64,000 bases of DNA. Source: Lingula anatina. Taxonomy: Eukaryota; Animalia; Brachiopoda. Where the stretch lies: the NCBI GenBank assembly GCA_051362555.1, contig CM120640.1, positions 59,870,788 to 59,934,787 of the forward strand, given 5' to 3'. A program made the translations under genes and the position numbers. Each line of letters starts with the position of its first letter. Position 1 is the stretch's first letter. The notes beneath the pieces were generated by a model. It was given only the letters and a program-made list of their open reading frames with translations. It did no database searches and was not told where the DNA came from. Positions 50,831 through 64,000 of the stretch are shown in pieces.

Positions 50831-53800
50831 ATGCACCAACAGATGAGTTTGACAAGCCTCTGCTACGACTGCATCCAAGATAATTTACATGTAGGCTCCT
50901 TTGATGAAGTTGTTCTGCAAAGTAAGTTGATAGAAAGGCCCTGGTAAAAGAGTTTTTCCAAAACAGGTACGTCTGCCGAAATAGGCAAAATAAGCACGTC
51001 TATGCATGACTGCCAAGAATGAAATTGAAAAGAGGCAGTTTGTTCACAGTACAGCAATTTTTTTTTATTATTTCAGAACATATTTTAGGGGAAGTAAATG
51101 AAATCAATGAAAAATTATGCAACAGATCTTATTTCCTATTTGAAAATATATTTTCCAAAAGTCCATTTAAGTATAGAATTCTGTTATTTACATTGTTTAA
51201 ATTCACTGTTGTTCTAGCATGTTCATGTACAGTAAAAAGGTACAGTAAACAGAAAAGGTAAACAGAAGTACATATACTGATAAAGCACAATCTGACATGA
51301 ATCTTGTTGGTATGGACAGTATAATACAAAACAATTTAACTTGGATTGAAAATATTTCACTGTTTTTATATATATTTAATAATTCATCATTGTTATGATG
51401 CATCATAGAAGGTAGGTGTGGATCAATTGTGTTGTTTGATCATGCAGTTTTTAGATTGATCAACTGATCAAGCTGGCATCCAGTTTAGGATCAGATCTTA
51501 AAATCTTACAACCTAGTTCTTTTTTACTCTGATTGTAGGAGAGCCATAGGTGTAAGCTGCATTTATAACCATATTTTATATCATATGTACACATAAGTCA
51601 ATATGCATAAACCAGTTGACAATCTGTCTGAAAATTACTTCATCCTAGAACTACAACATGTAATTGGCTTAAACATAACAGATAGAGTAAACAAAACTGC
51701 TCCTTTTTTCAGATCTTCCAACATTTATCTTGGGGAAGCTTGCATACCATTTGAGTCCATACAACTTATTGAGGTTTAATGGACTGTGGAAAAGCAGAGG
51801 TAAAACATGTGACTTAAACTTGAAATATATTTTCTGGTCTTCTGACACGTGTTCAGAAACAGCCACATTAGACTGCTCTCTTTAAAAATCATTGACAAGG
51901 TTTCTCTTTTTTATTTAGAAAAAGTGTAAGAAGCAATACATACTTCAATACTTGTACATTTGAATAAAATCTGGAGAAAATCATCAGTGGTTGTTCAAAA
52001 ATGTGAAAAACAAAAGAGTTTACAGGGCTCAACATAAATTTTTTAACCAGGTTGCCCCAGGGCAACCTGCCAGATATTTTTACTTGCCCTTCCTCTGCCT
52101 CAACTTGCCCATTATAAGTGAAAAATTTTAAACCACTCGATATGCAGTTTTTTTCATTTGAAGCATTTAATTTTATTGATTTATAAAAAAAATCAATTGT
52201 GCCATCTTTGAGTTATTTTCTCCATGAGCAGGTTGATTGATGGAATGTCAAATTTTGTAATGCACATCTCTAAAATTTCAAATTTGTCACAGATTCTAAA
52301 CAAAAGAAAGAAGGCACACCTCCACTATGATGTAGCATAAAATTAAGATATCTATAAGAATACAAGTGCATAAATGTTGCAATGCCCACACTCCTCAGGA
52401 AGGTGACTGATAGACATAACATTGTTACTTATAAAATATGCTCTTACAAGAACCAACTCTTTTACATTTACTCATCAAGTATAGATAGGTCGGTCACTAT
52501 CCCCAACTTCTTTTTTTTTATTCTATTTATAAAAAATAAAACATTTCTTTATTTCTGCAGAACAGTTGATAAAATCAATAGTAAAGAAACAATACTTTGA
52601 AACTTCAAAAATTAATCTTAATATAATTCACTTTAATATATAGTAGGATTGCCTTGACAACACCAAATTACACAAATGATAATTTGATAGTAAAATCTAA
52701 AATGCCACTGATTACTTCATAGCACTTTTCTGCACTCAATCAAGGTGCACTTTGGTGCATTTTAGGCTATTTTTCAACATTTTATGTGGCACAGTGACAT
52801 AATTGTCTTGTTTCATATGTCTTGAGGAGTAAATGAAGTTAAGCTAAGCATGATAAAAAAATTCATTAATAAAGAACTGCATACTTAGCACCTACAATTG
52901 CTAGAATGAGGATCCCCCTTCTCCATGGCTGTTTAGAATTGAAATTTTTGAAGCCAAGTATTGAATTGGTGGCATTTTAACTAAGAAAACTGTGGTATCA
53001 ACATAGCTCATATACCTTTTTTTCAGTGAATAAACAGTAAAGCCAATGATTTAAAATGTAGAGGAGATCAAAACATACTCCTAGACAGACTTCCACATTC
53101 ATTAAAGTGTCAAAAAAACTAGGTCAACAAAGCGCTCTGAAATGCTTGCGACAGACCATGATCGGTGCCACACTGTCTGGATACTGACAAGTGCTCACTC
53201 GCTCCCTCAAACAAGTATTTGTGTAGTACACTGCTTTTATTAGGTGGGTTCAAAAAGTTAACATATTTATCCAACTTCATCAATTAAAATGTCCATACTT
53301 TAAGGAAGCTTACTCTTCCTCCTGTTTCTCTCTGAAATTGTTGCTAAATATATAAACTCTAAGCAGTCCGGGAAATCTCTATCAGTTACAGAAGCATGCA
53401 GTTCAGCTGTCTGCTAACTGGTCAAAACCACCGCAAGCTGGTCCCTGCAAACTCTCACTTAGCAACAGTGTGACTGCTTGTTTTCCACTTCTTTCGTGGT
53501 TAAAGCTTGGAAATTATATGCTTCTAAATATTTCCCAACCAATACAAAAAGTGCCAAATAAATGTGAGAGAGTGCCTTCTTAACTTTAATCACGTGGCTA
53601 CATTTTTCCAAGAACAACTTGCCTCGTTTTAGTTTGACTAAATACTTCAAATTATAGAATATGACAGCACTCTGAAAACGAGGCACTGCTGACGGAGATA
53701 GTGACTGCCAGTTATTTTTAGAAATCTTACATTGACGTATGTTACAGTTTGTGACGTTATTGTGCAAAAAGGGAAAACGTGATCTTTTAACATCAGATCT

Positions 53801-56800
53801 AACATTGTACTGACAAAAGGAAAAAAATTCACTTGCCCGCCGGGCAACTGGACGTAAAATTTACTTGTCCGACGGCAGATTTTAGTTGCCCCGGGCAAGC
53901 GGACAACCGTTTGTGTTGAGCCCTGGTTTAAATAATACCTTTTTTTATGCACATTGTAACTATACAGTTCCAATATTCCCTTTGAGTTAGACACTCTGGA
54001 TCATTTTTTATTTTGTCCTAAGCTTAAATAAACAGCCATTGCAACATGATACAGCAGAAAACTTGGAATTTGCTATACACCTGTATAGGTCTTGGTCTGT
54101 AAACTGTGCACTAATTTGAGAATGTAGGCAAACTGTCCCACTGCATACTGTTTCACTGTGTGTTGTTTATTGTCTCCCATGATGTCACATTCATTGTCAA
54201 TTGGTGAAGGCAAAATGTATGTCTACATGTAGATGTATCAAAATTAGGCAGATGAACAGATTATTTACTCCTTGGTACACACTGCATTGTGATTAAGGAA
54301 AATCGCATCTGTTCTACAAGCTTCTTGTAGTTAAAAATCTAATCACAGGTTTGATCATCACAACTTGACAGAAAATGCAGTCTAACAGACAATTTTACAC
54401 GTGAAAATTATATTTCTAATTATAGTGTTTCCTTTTTATACTCTTCAAGTTTCCTGTTACTTGTTTGGCAGTGAGTAAGAGAGCTGAAGGAAAACTGGAG
54501 TTCTAGTTCAGATATGACAGAGGACAAATCAAATCTATATTTATTGATATAAGTGTGTATTTATTCTATTTCAGGCATAACCAATGAAGCTGTATGGTTG
54601 GGGCATCTTCAAGAGATAGGGTGTTCACTCCTTGACTCTGTGTTTAGACAAAGCTCAAATTACACAAATTCCATGAGTAGAAGAGCCATTCCTCAAGACA
54701 AATTTACAAAGTGGATATTAGGAAAAACACTGCACTCTTACTTGATGGAGGATCCAAACTTATGTAATTTTTTTTGTTGTTATTACCATTTTTCATTAAT
54801 AATAATATCAAACAAATTAATCCCAAGTTTAAGTAAATGATTTGTTATGTTTATATATTGTATTAAATCATTCAGGTAGCTAGGTAAGTCATCCAGTCTT
54901 ATTATTGCAAGTCCAGTATTAGATTTTGAATGTTTTTGTATTATCGATGATATTAATTCATTCATTTTTTAATATTTCTACAGCTTATCCAAAACAATTT
55001 ACTTTTTCAGCACTTTCCATCACTAATCTAGATAAAGTGAAACTGCTGCATACTCCACTTCTGTGCAGCTCTAAAACCAGACAACAGTATATGGAAAATG
55101 TTGCTGTGAGTGTTGAAAAAAGGGATCTTCCACTGCAGTTAGAACTCTGTGCTAGACTGACCTCTGAATTGTCCATTTTTGATTCTGATATCTCAAGCAT
55201 ATTGGGAAACGACATGTTGCTAAAAGCTTTATGTAGTAATCTGAAAACATTAACAGTTGTAAGGATGAGACAATCACCCTGCCCTTTAGAGCATCTAAAA
55301 CAGATGTTGGTAATACTAACTGAGCAGGGAAGTTTAGAAAATTTGGTGGTGAGTGTTTTACCAAGTGGTAGTCAAGAGCATAGGAGCAATTTTTCATTTT
55401 CTGACTTTATTCTTTTGACATCAGACCCCAATCATCTTTCTGGGACTTCCAGTATAATGCAAATTTATGAACCTGTTGAAAATGACATGGAAAATATCAG
55501 TGATCACTGTAACTATGATAATGGTTTGGAAACCTGTAACCATGATGATGATCTTTATAACCTTGCAGTCTCCGAACAGTCTGCATTTATCAGAGGTGGA
55601 ATCATGAACCCATCATTTATCAAGCTGTCCAGCTTGGATGTGGAACTCTTATATCTAAATGCCTCTGAGTTGGATGATTTGTCCAAAGTTTTACCAAGAT
55701 GGCAGTCTTTAAGGAATCTTCATATTCTTCTTGATGACAGCATCATCCATAATGGTAAGGTATTTCATAACTTTTTTTTGTCACTATACATTGCAGAATC
55801 ACTTAATTCATTTTCATTTTCAATATTAAATAATGTCATTGTACTTTAAAAAAACCTTTTATGTACAAAACGCTATGTTTTGATCACTATGTGTCCCTGT
55901 CACTATTGCCTCCACCATCGGTAACATCAGTTCCTATAACTGTCTGTACTTTCATTTTATTGTAAATTTACTCTGTAGCTTTGTTTCATTAAAACGGTTT
56001 CTGGCATGATCAAATTATTTTAACAAAAGTTGATTTTTTTGTGTTTTTTGCATGAAGTTTTGCAATTTTTGCCCCATAAGTGCCAGGCCATATCTTTGTT
56101 TTACTTCTAATTTGCTGATTGGTTTTGTATGTTAATAAGGCGGGATTCTTTTGAAAATCAACATGATTATATTTTAACAACTTCATTGATTTCTTGTTTT
56201 TTTTTTCTTTTTTTAATTCTTTCATGTATTTTGACAATGTTCACCCTGTAAGTGCTGTAGCATATTTTTGTTTTACTTCAAATTTGCAGAGTGATTTTGT
56301 TTGTTAATAAGGCATATTCCTTTAAAAAATCTGCTTGATCATATTATTTTTCCATTTTTTTTTTCGTAGAATATGAATCGTAGTTATTTACATTTTCGGT
56401 GCTTCAAGAGCTTTCCCTCCAACAGTTTGTGACAGCAGTGGGGAACAGTTCCATCACTAGCTTATCCCTGGAGATGTCTCCTGGGCCATACTTAGACACA
56501 ACACTCAGGAGGGAAATTAACTTGGATTTCATACAGAGAATAATGAAAGAGTAGGTTCTCATTATATTTTGCTTGAAAATTGATATAAGCACATAACCAC
56601 ATTTTCATCCTACTCTTTTGTGCCCCAGCAGGATTATTTTTACATTTTTACAACTATTTTACAGGAGCAGCTAGTTCTAGTTTCATGTGGTAAATTTTCC
56701 ACTTGAGATGTGTGTGTATGTATGTATATGTTACAGGTGTGGTAGATTACAGTCTCTGGATTATCAAGGTGCCTTTGGTAGTGACATGCCTTATGTGACT

Positions 56801-57820
56801 GGACTCTATGACTGTGATGGTATGTATCCACTTACAAACTGAAGATATAGTATTACCCTTTTTTGTTAACTACAGAAACATAAAAAGAACAAGTACCATT
56901 GTACCAGTAGCAAAAAGTACAAATGATTGAATAGTATTATAAGAGTTGAATTCTGCATGGGTTATACTTATAAAATGTTTGTAGTTAGTTTGGAAGTTTA
57001 AATTAAAAAAAAAAGATATTAGCCTATTAAGAAAGTGTTTGGATTTGTGTTTTGTTTTCAGTGTTGTCTCCTAATATTGTGAGTTTTGGAATCTGTGAAA
57101 TTGGTACTTATGTTGATGGTACTGGCAGAACATTTGAAGATGGCTCAGTCTTCAGTAGACTTCTCCAGCAGACAGGACCTGGGTTGCAATGTTTCAAGAT
57201 AGAGTCTCAGGGAAACAGAGAGTCCTGTAATATCATTTTACAGACCATTGCAGGTATATTTAATCTCCTGTCTATCTGTAAACTTGCCATTAATGATAGT
57301 TACAATTTATAATGCAAGTTCACAGAGTCTACATTTAGCTGTGTTTTTTTTCTTCAAAGGAAAGAGGGAACTGGAATATTTGAGGTATAAGTCAAGAAAT
57401 CTCCATCATTGTGTGTCCTCTGTCACACAAATGATCACAGATCTCCACAACTTGAAGATATTGGATCTCCCGGAGTGTAACATTGATGATCTCTTCTGTG
57501 AGTATATTTTTTATACTTGATTTAGATTACACAGGTAGTTCTGTCACCAATATTAAGCTAGTGATGGGATTGTTACTGCTTGGGCTAGCCATTATATTTG
57601 TAAGTGTGGACTTAGTTGTGATTGTGGTAGGGGTGATTTTTTTACTGAAAACTGCAAAATGTGGTAGTAGTGTTTTGATTCTACATTAGACAGGATGTTT
57701 TCTTTTGATTGTGGTTATTGAGCTTAATGTGTTTGTAAACTCAGGCACAATCGCATCCAAGAAGTAGTTGTAATGCTTTCTGGCAAAAGTGTGACACAAG
57801 TTCATATTTGATTTTTTTTT

Positions 57821-57866
<46 letters not shown>

Positions 57867-60800
57867 TAATAACTTGTAGGAAGAACAGCTTAGGTGAACA
57901 ACTAGTCTTTACTAGTGGAAAGTGGTGAAAAAAGGATGGACATAGCATATTTTCTTACTCAGCCACTTTATAGAAGCAATACATTAATAAGCTTTAAGGT
58001 AGTGGTGTTTGTAACAAGTCCTAGTTTAGATATCGATTAGCAATTAAAATTTTCATTTTCAAGCAGCTCATTTCACTGTAAATTAATAGAAGTAAATATC
58101 TGTGGAGTGGTCATACTTATAAGCATGTACTGGGCAGGTGGTACATACATGTACTCAGGTGGCACGTACACAATTTTCAACTCCAGAACGTCTTGTTCAC
58201 TTTTAGTAGGCTACTAGAGAGTGTTTTTAAAGCGTTTGCCTTTAGATAAAATGGGTATTTTTATTTTCCTTTGAAGCTGCTTTCAAAGACAGGATCTCTT
58301 TGCCTAAGTTAGTAGAAGTGTTCTTTTGCATTGTATTCTAGAAATGTGTTGACCATTTCCATGCCATAAATTTTGCTTATGATGTTCCTGTACCCATGTC
58401 ATGGTGATCAGACAAATATCAAGAAAAGGAAATATACTGAACAATAGCTTATGTATAATGGTACTTGGAGTGGGAAATCTCAAACTGGAGTTAGTCACTA
58501 TGAGTCATCCTAACTTAGCAGTTGCAATACCATGTATAATGGATAACATGACAAGTGGGAATTTAAAAGAATTGTTTAAAAGATATTGGAGGGGGGGGTC
58601 AGTTAATTTGTTAAATGGTTTTAGGCTGATCATCTACAATTATTTCATTATAAAATAAGAATGTAAGAAATTTAAATTGTTTTAAATTACGAGACCTTTT
58701 CATTTTTCTCATAACTTGACCTTTTAGATATGGGGGGGGGGGGGCAATTAATACATGTTACTGTTTTAGGCCGGTTTTAATTGTTGTCAGCTAAAATCAT
58801 TGGACCTTTTATGATTTTGGGAATAATTTGACCCTGGTTATGGTGTAAAGTATATATCATAGTCACTTTGTAGTCCCCAAATGTTTATTTCTTCCAGTGA
58901 GTGTTGGTAAATAGAAAGGCCATAGACAACAGAGGAATGCTTTCAGATGATATATGTAATTATCAAATAAATATTGCAGTTGAATGGATAAATGATTTCT
59001 TATTATGTTGCTTTACTGGAAGAGCTCAAAACACTTTCAGTATGGTTATTCAGTTGTAAGGTTGCACTGCTATTACATTGATTGAGGTATTAAGTGATTA
59101 TTCTATCATGGTATATACCTCTCCCTTATGGTAACCAGTCAAATTAAATGTACCTGTAGCATAAAATTGTGTTCTCTCCCATTCAGCCACCTTTGTGATA
59201 AGTGGGAGAAATTGTAGGTGTTGAAGGCTGAGCCAGGTGTACAGCCCTGCTAGTTAGCCTCTAGTATCTTTGTTTTTTTTTTTATTATTGAAGATGAAGT
59301 ACACATTAGTCATCATGACCACACAGGCAGCTGGGCAGGGACGTACAAACACCGCCTTATATAATCGCTGTTAAATGTTAACTGATATATATATATTTTT
59401 TGCACCATCATTAGCATCATATGTATGTATGTATGCACATGTACGTGTGGGCTTATTTGTTTTTTAGCATATACATTCATGTGTACGTGCATCTATGTGT
59501 CTGTGACAGAAAAAAAAATTAAATTATACAAATAAAATAGAACAATTACATATAAAAATGTCAGTCCCTACTTTTTGTCAAAAGCTACAGTACAGTGAAA
59601 ATTTGTTCTGTGCTTTTTTTAAACTTGTGTTGAGCAGAGAACAGCAGTATGTTCTATAGACAACCACTTGGTTAACTGGATCTATGCACTGTATTCATGG
59701 GAATTTTATTTGAATGTGTGAGGTCTGAAAGATGAGTTCAGCAAAGTTGTTGTTGTGGTAGCAAACATTTAACGTTTTCCTAACAAGGTTAATGATGTGG
59801 TTAACCAACACCCAACATTTCATTTATGGCAAACAGTGAACAATTACAGATGTAGAACAAGATAATAGAATCAGATTTAAGTGTATTGTGGAATCATGAT
59901 GGATCAAAACATTTTTCCTCTGATCATATCCCACCCACTATGATGGTGTTACAGAGCCCTTAGGGCATGTCATGGTTCTATAAATTTGTATATGTAAGTC
60001 TCAAAGGGTATTTTTATCATAGTAATGAATCAAGAATGTAAGATAGTTCTTAGGGAGTGTTCCCAATGAAACTCTATGTAGATCTATCCAATGCCACGGG
60101 GACTCTTGCTGAATGCAATCAGATTAACTGAATAACATACTTCCTCGAGCAGCTGGGGGGGGGGGGGAATGCAAAATCTGAATGAATAAAAACATGTTCA
60201 CATCTTTGTCATGTGTGAAGTCTTTTATCATAACATTCAAATTGATACTTAAATCTGATCTGGATGGGTCAATACGTGAGTTTTTATTATTGCATGAATG
60301 GGATTTTCCTCTGGGAAGGGATTGTAAATCAAAGAAATCTGGTCGAGTTCAGAAAACATGAAAAACTTTCTGACACTTTACCTGCTTGATTTAGAAGAAT
60401 TTTGCTCCCTTCTCTCTTTTAGTTAACAAATGTACATTCATGTAAATTAATTTTTTATTTGATCTACAGCCTTTTGTTAAAAGCTGATATAAGATCTTTA
60501 TATATAATGTTTCTTCTGATAAGAAGCAGAAATTTAAAGCACAATCCAATGTTATGGTGTACACCTTGTCAGAGAACCAGTAGGCATTTGCATATCATTA
60601 CTGCTGATGTTGTTGTTTTGATATCCTTCTTCACAATGTGACACTTTCACCCCATTTCCATAGATTTTTAGATCGATCTATCCCTGTGGGGAGTCTCACT
60701 AGATTACTGTCAACTTGGCCGGCTTAAGCGTCTGTCCCGCCTACTAAAAGCTGTAAGGGGGTAATTAACTATGGTGCCCGCTCGGATGACTGCAATTTAG

Positions 60801-61616
60801 CGTGAACCCCCAGGGAGTTAGGTCGATCTAAATCTTAATCTTTAGATCGATCTAAATCTCTGGGAAAGCACCTTCCTTGCTTCCTCAAAGCACTGACCCT
60901 GTTCAGAGTCTTCATCTCTTTTGGCTACATTATGAACATCTGATGTATGAAAAATGTGCTTTACTGATAATGATAGAAATACATATATAATTACTTTCAA
61001 CATGATTTTTGTCAATGAACTTTTACGAAGATGAAGTTGTGATAGAAAGTATTATAATGTTCTTTGTATGTTATAGTGTTCAGTACCTGTTAGTGGCGAC
61101 TGCCTGTGAGCAGATACCTGTCTATGCTGCCCACTTGTCACAGTGATGGATTAGTTTTGGCAAGTAGCTGTATTGTACACCCCCACTAAGCCTACAGCTA
61201 CTTCCTTGTTTTTTTTCTTCACCTACTCTCTTGGTTTTCAATGATCTGTAAATTATGTGACAAAAAAAGAGGTACTTTTAAGGATATTTAAATGTTTAAA
61301 ACATAATAATAATCCTAATAATTTGATTGTAAATGGGATGGTGCTTCACCTTACTGATATTAATCTTAGTTTTCACTCATGTAAAGTTAGGGACCCCTCC
61401 CCCCCCCAAAAAAAAAAAATAATAATAATAATAAATAAATAAAATAAATAATGATAATGTATACTTATTTTGTCTAGATATTAACTTGAGTTTTGAAATA
61501 CATTTATTGATTTGATTTGATTTGAATGACTTTATTGTATATGAATGCTTTTGAAGCCTTATGTTTGGACTGATTTTTTCCCAACACCGTTGTCAGCGTT
61601 ATGTACATTTTATGTG

Positions 61617-61654
<38 letters not shown>

Positions 61655-62797
61655 TGTGTGTGTGTGTTTTAATTTATTTCACAATAAAAATAGTAGGTTT
61701 GCACTTTTAGAAAATTCAAATGTAGATAATTCATAAATATGATTTACCCAAGACAGACTTAATCAAAGCTTTTATTTTATTGGAACTGCATGATGTTATA
61801 CAACTACAAAACCTAAGAGAAATCATATGAGATAAACTTTTTATCGATAAGGGAAAAACTCTTTGTTCAGGAATAGACAGAGAAAACAATCAAAATAGAC
61901 ACAAAATGTCATACTGTTTGTAATAGACTATAACTTAACAGAACTTAGGGAAAAAAACAACCAGTCAAATATCAGTGGATTTTTTGTCAGCTTTAATTCA
62001 TTGCTCCTGCTACATGTATATCTGCCATTATTTCTGACCCTACTTTCCTTAAAATATCCTGCAAAATCTCACTTTATGATTCACTAATTAAGTCATGAGA
62101 GTTTGGTCTAACATGTATTATCCCCATTACATGCTTACACATATCTTCATGCCATTGGAAATAATGTGTGCATTTACATCTGTAATAAGATTTTCAAGAG
62201 AAGAGTACTGGCTGATAGTTCCCATGACAGTTCACCCTCAGCCTTAATGATATTGGTTTAGCAACTCTAGGGGTAACACAAGCAGTCCTTTGCTTAGATA
62301 AGTCTCAGTAACACTTGTGTCTACACTTACATGTCCATTTCTTTGTTGTAAAAGAAACATCACTGATATATGAGACACCCTATGCATGGGAAAAAGACAA
62401 AGATGTTCCATGTTTCTGCAGTGGCAAACGGTATTTGTGTTCTCTTGCTAATGTTGAATACGTTGCACAGATTTACCTGCAGTTTTTTATGATTGTGGTT
62501 ATAGTGGGCAGCACTTATGCCTTGTTTCATTAATTTCTGTCTTATAGCTAACTGGATTAAGGCATTGAATATATATATTTTTTAGTTTGTAAAATGAATT
62601 ATGATTAAAAAAAGTAAAAATAAAATAAAATAACCCGGAAACATTTGAAGTAGGTGAAATACAAACTTTTTGTATCATTTCTTTTTCTTTAAAGTGATAG
62701 ATAATATATCATTTATTTCCAGTTACCCCCAGTTTAATTGAGGCATTGGCCAAACATCCCAGTCTAGAAGAAATACTTTTGAGGAACAACAAACTGG
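50831..62797 (+). CDS. LRRC41/MUF1-like protein with N-terminal Elongin BC-box and C-terminal leucine-rich repeats; 3' part lies beyond the window
   Basis: Exons 50831-50921, 51713-51799, 54575-54763, 54984-55754, ~56370/56384-56550, 56737-56819, 57062-57253, 57360-57497, 62723-62797. SLTSLCYDCI (BC-box) followed by LPTFILGKL and RGITNEAVW resembles the LRRC41 N-terminus. LRR-type segments include LKILDLPECNI and LEEILLRNNKLG. One junction is unresolved (see findings). Confidence 0.7.
52023..53925. mobile_element. 1.9-kb non-autonomous hAT-like DNA transposon with a 5-bp target-site duplication
   Basis: TIRs CAGGGCTCAACA...TGTTGAGCCCTG; subterminal TTGCCC/GGGCAA repeats at both ends; GTTTA at 52018-52022 and 53926-53930; no transposase ORF. 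Confidence 0.85.
57827..57864. repeat. (AT)n microsatellite
   Basis: Pure AT run following a poly-T tract. Confidence 0.9.
60648..60872 (+). mobile_element. ~225-bp interspersed repeat (MITE-like), copy 2
   Basis: Same boundaries and orientation as 47993-48218, with only a few substitutions. Confidence 0.85.
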
Positions 62798-63008
62798 GTA
62801 AGATTTGTTAGGTTTTTATGTATCTGTCGGTCTGACTGTCTGCATGCATGCATGTATATATGAACCCTTAAAAAGGTATAACAACGGTTTGTGTGAAATT
62901 AATATTTCATAATAAAAACATTGTAATTTGTAAAGAACTCATAGAAAAATAATAAACTCTATTTTACCACCAAAACAGCACAATTATTCTTGAATCGACA
63001 AGCCATCA

Positions 63009-63324
63009 TAGGGTGCTATACCTATGTAATAAAAAAAAATTATTAAATCCTACAAAGGTCCATCAAATTTCAAGAAATTTTCAGTTTTCTTGGTTACTTT
63101 GCAAAAAAGTTGTTATTTTTAAAAATATGCTGCAAATGGCATAAAAGGCACTAGATACACACTTGCATATGTCAATTTCTCAGATGATGTATCCTTGAGG
63201 TACCCCCACAGAAAAAATCTGGAGGGGGGTTCCAATCCAATGAATGCAGTGCCCACTCAAAATGATCTTACACATATTGAAGTTTAAGTCCAGCAAATTT
63301 CTTGAAATTTGATGGACCTTAATA

Positions 63325-63367
<43 letters not shown>

Positions 63368-63388
63368 GGGGGGGGGGGGGTCACCCTG
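63009..63388. mobile_element. Tc1/mariner-like MITE remnant
   Basis: Perfect 26-bp inverted repeat AAGGTCCATCAAATTTCAAGAAATTT at 63055-63080 and 63295-63320. Outer ends TAGGGTG / CACCCTG resemble CAGGGTG termini. The right arm is expanded by poly-T and poly-G runs. Confidence 0.6.
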
Positions 63389-64000
63389 TGCTCTCTTTAA
63401 AGATAGTTACAAAAAAACCAAACTTTTTAGGAAAAAATACCATGGACTAACTTTGAATGTTTGAGTGGATTCATGAACCATTGGTAAATGGCAAATTGTG
63501 GTTCACCCCAGGTAAGTCCATTTTTTGGCAAAAAAACAAAACAAAAAACAGTTGTTATCCCTTTTATGTCACCTCAATGTCATATCATAGGTATGAACTG
63601 TGCATTGCCCCCAAGTCCCAATGTTACCAATGAGAAGGAGGAGGGACTGAACAAATGTGCAGATATATGTTAGAAACTACCGATAGGATAAAAGGATAAT
63701 TACAATGGCCTTTTATTAACCATACTATGATACATTGATGGAATTCCAACTCACCTTTTCCCCTAGGGTTGCATGTTATTTTTCACTGAATTGACTCTTT
63801 CTGCCAGCCAGCCCAAGTTGAATTGTCGTGCATGACGTCACACACAATCTTTCTGAAGGTGAGAGAACACTGTTCAAAAAGTACTAAGCTCTGAAACATA
63901 TGATGTACAGGTGCACTAGAAAAAGAGCCATTGCAGTGCTTTTCTGAAAACCACACTTTTTATTAGTGAATGGAGAAGAACTACATGAAAGTCTCCTAGA

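Noticed and set aside
56100-56350. Local ~80-bp degenerate direct duplication; similar ones at ~26735-26900, ~35087-35170 and ~41948-41993
   Set aside because: Ordinary local slippage duplications with no evidence of function.

Overview
AT-rich, intron-containing animal genomic DNA from an invertebrate bilaterian, probably a lophotrochozoan such as a mollusc (inference only). Four spliced protein-coding genes were reconstructed by hand from GT-AG exons with consistent phases. (1) patched, the Hedgehog receptor (+, 27 coding exons, 1974-33525, ~1298 aa). (2) A thimet oligopeptidase/neurolysin-family M3A metallopeptidase (-, 46131-36824). (3) The nucleotide-sugar transporter SLC35A5 (+, 47709-50265). 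(4) An LRRC41-like BC-box/LRR protein (+, from 50831, running off the window). Introns carry several non-autonomous DNA transposons/MITEs. Main observations: the peptidase has two tandem 74-nt copies of its catalytic HEXXH exon separated by a 30-nt intron, which points to mutually exclusive splicing of the active site. It also has an N-terminal presequence-like extension with alternative ATGs. The patched promoter pairs a perfect Gli site with an RFX X-box, and further Gli sites are spread through the introns. The predicted patched 3' UTR carries a tandem array of miR-12 seed matches. Most entries in the supplied ORF track are spurious or are exon fragments extended into introns.
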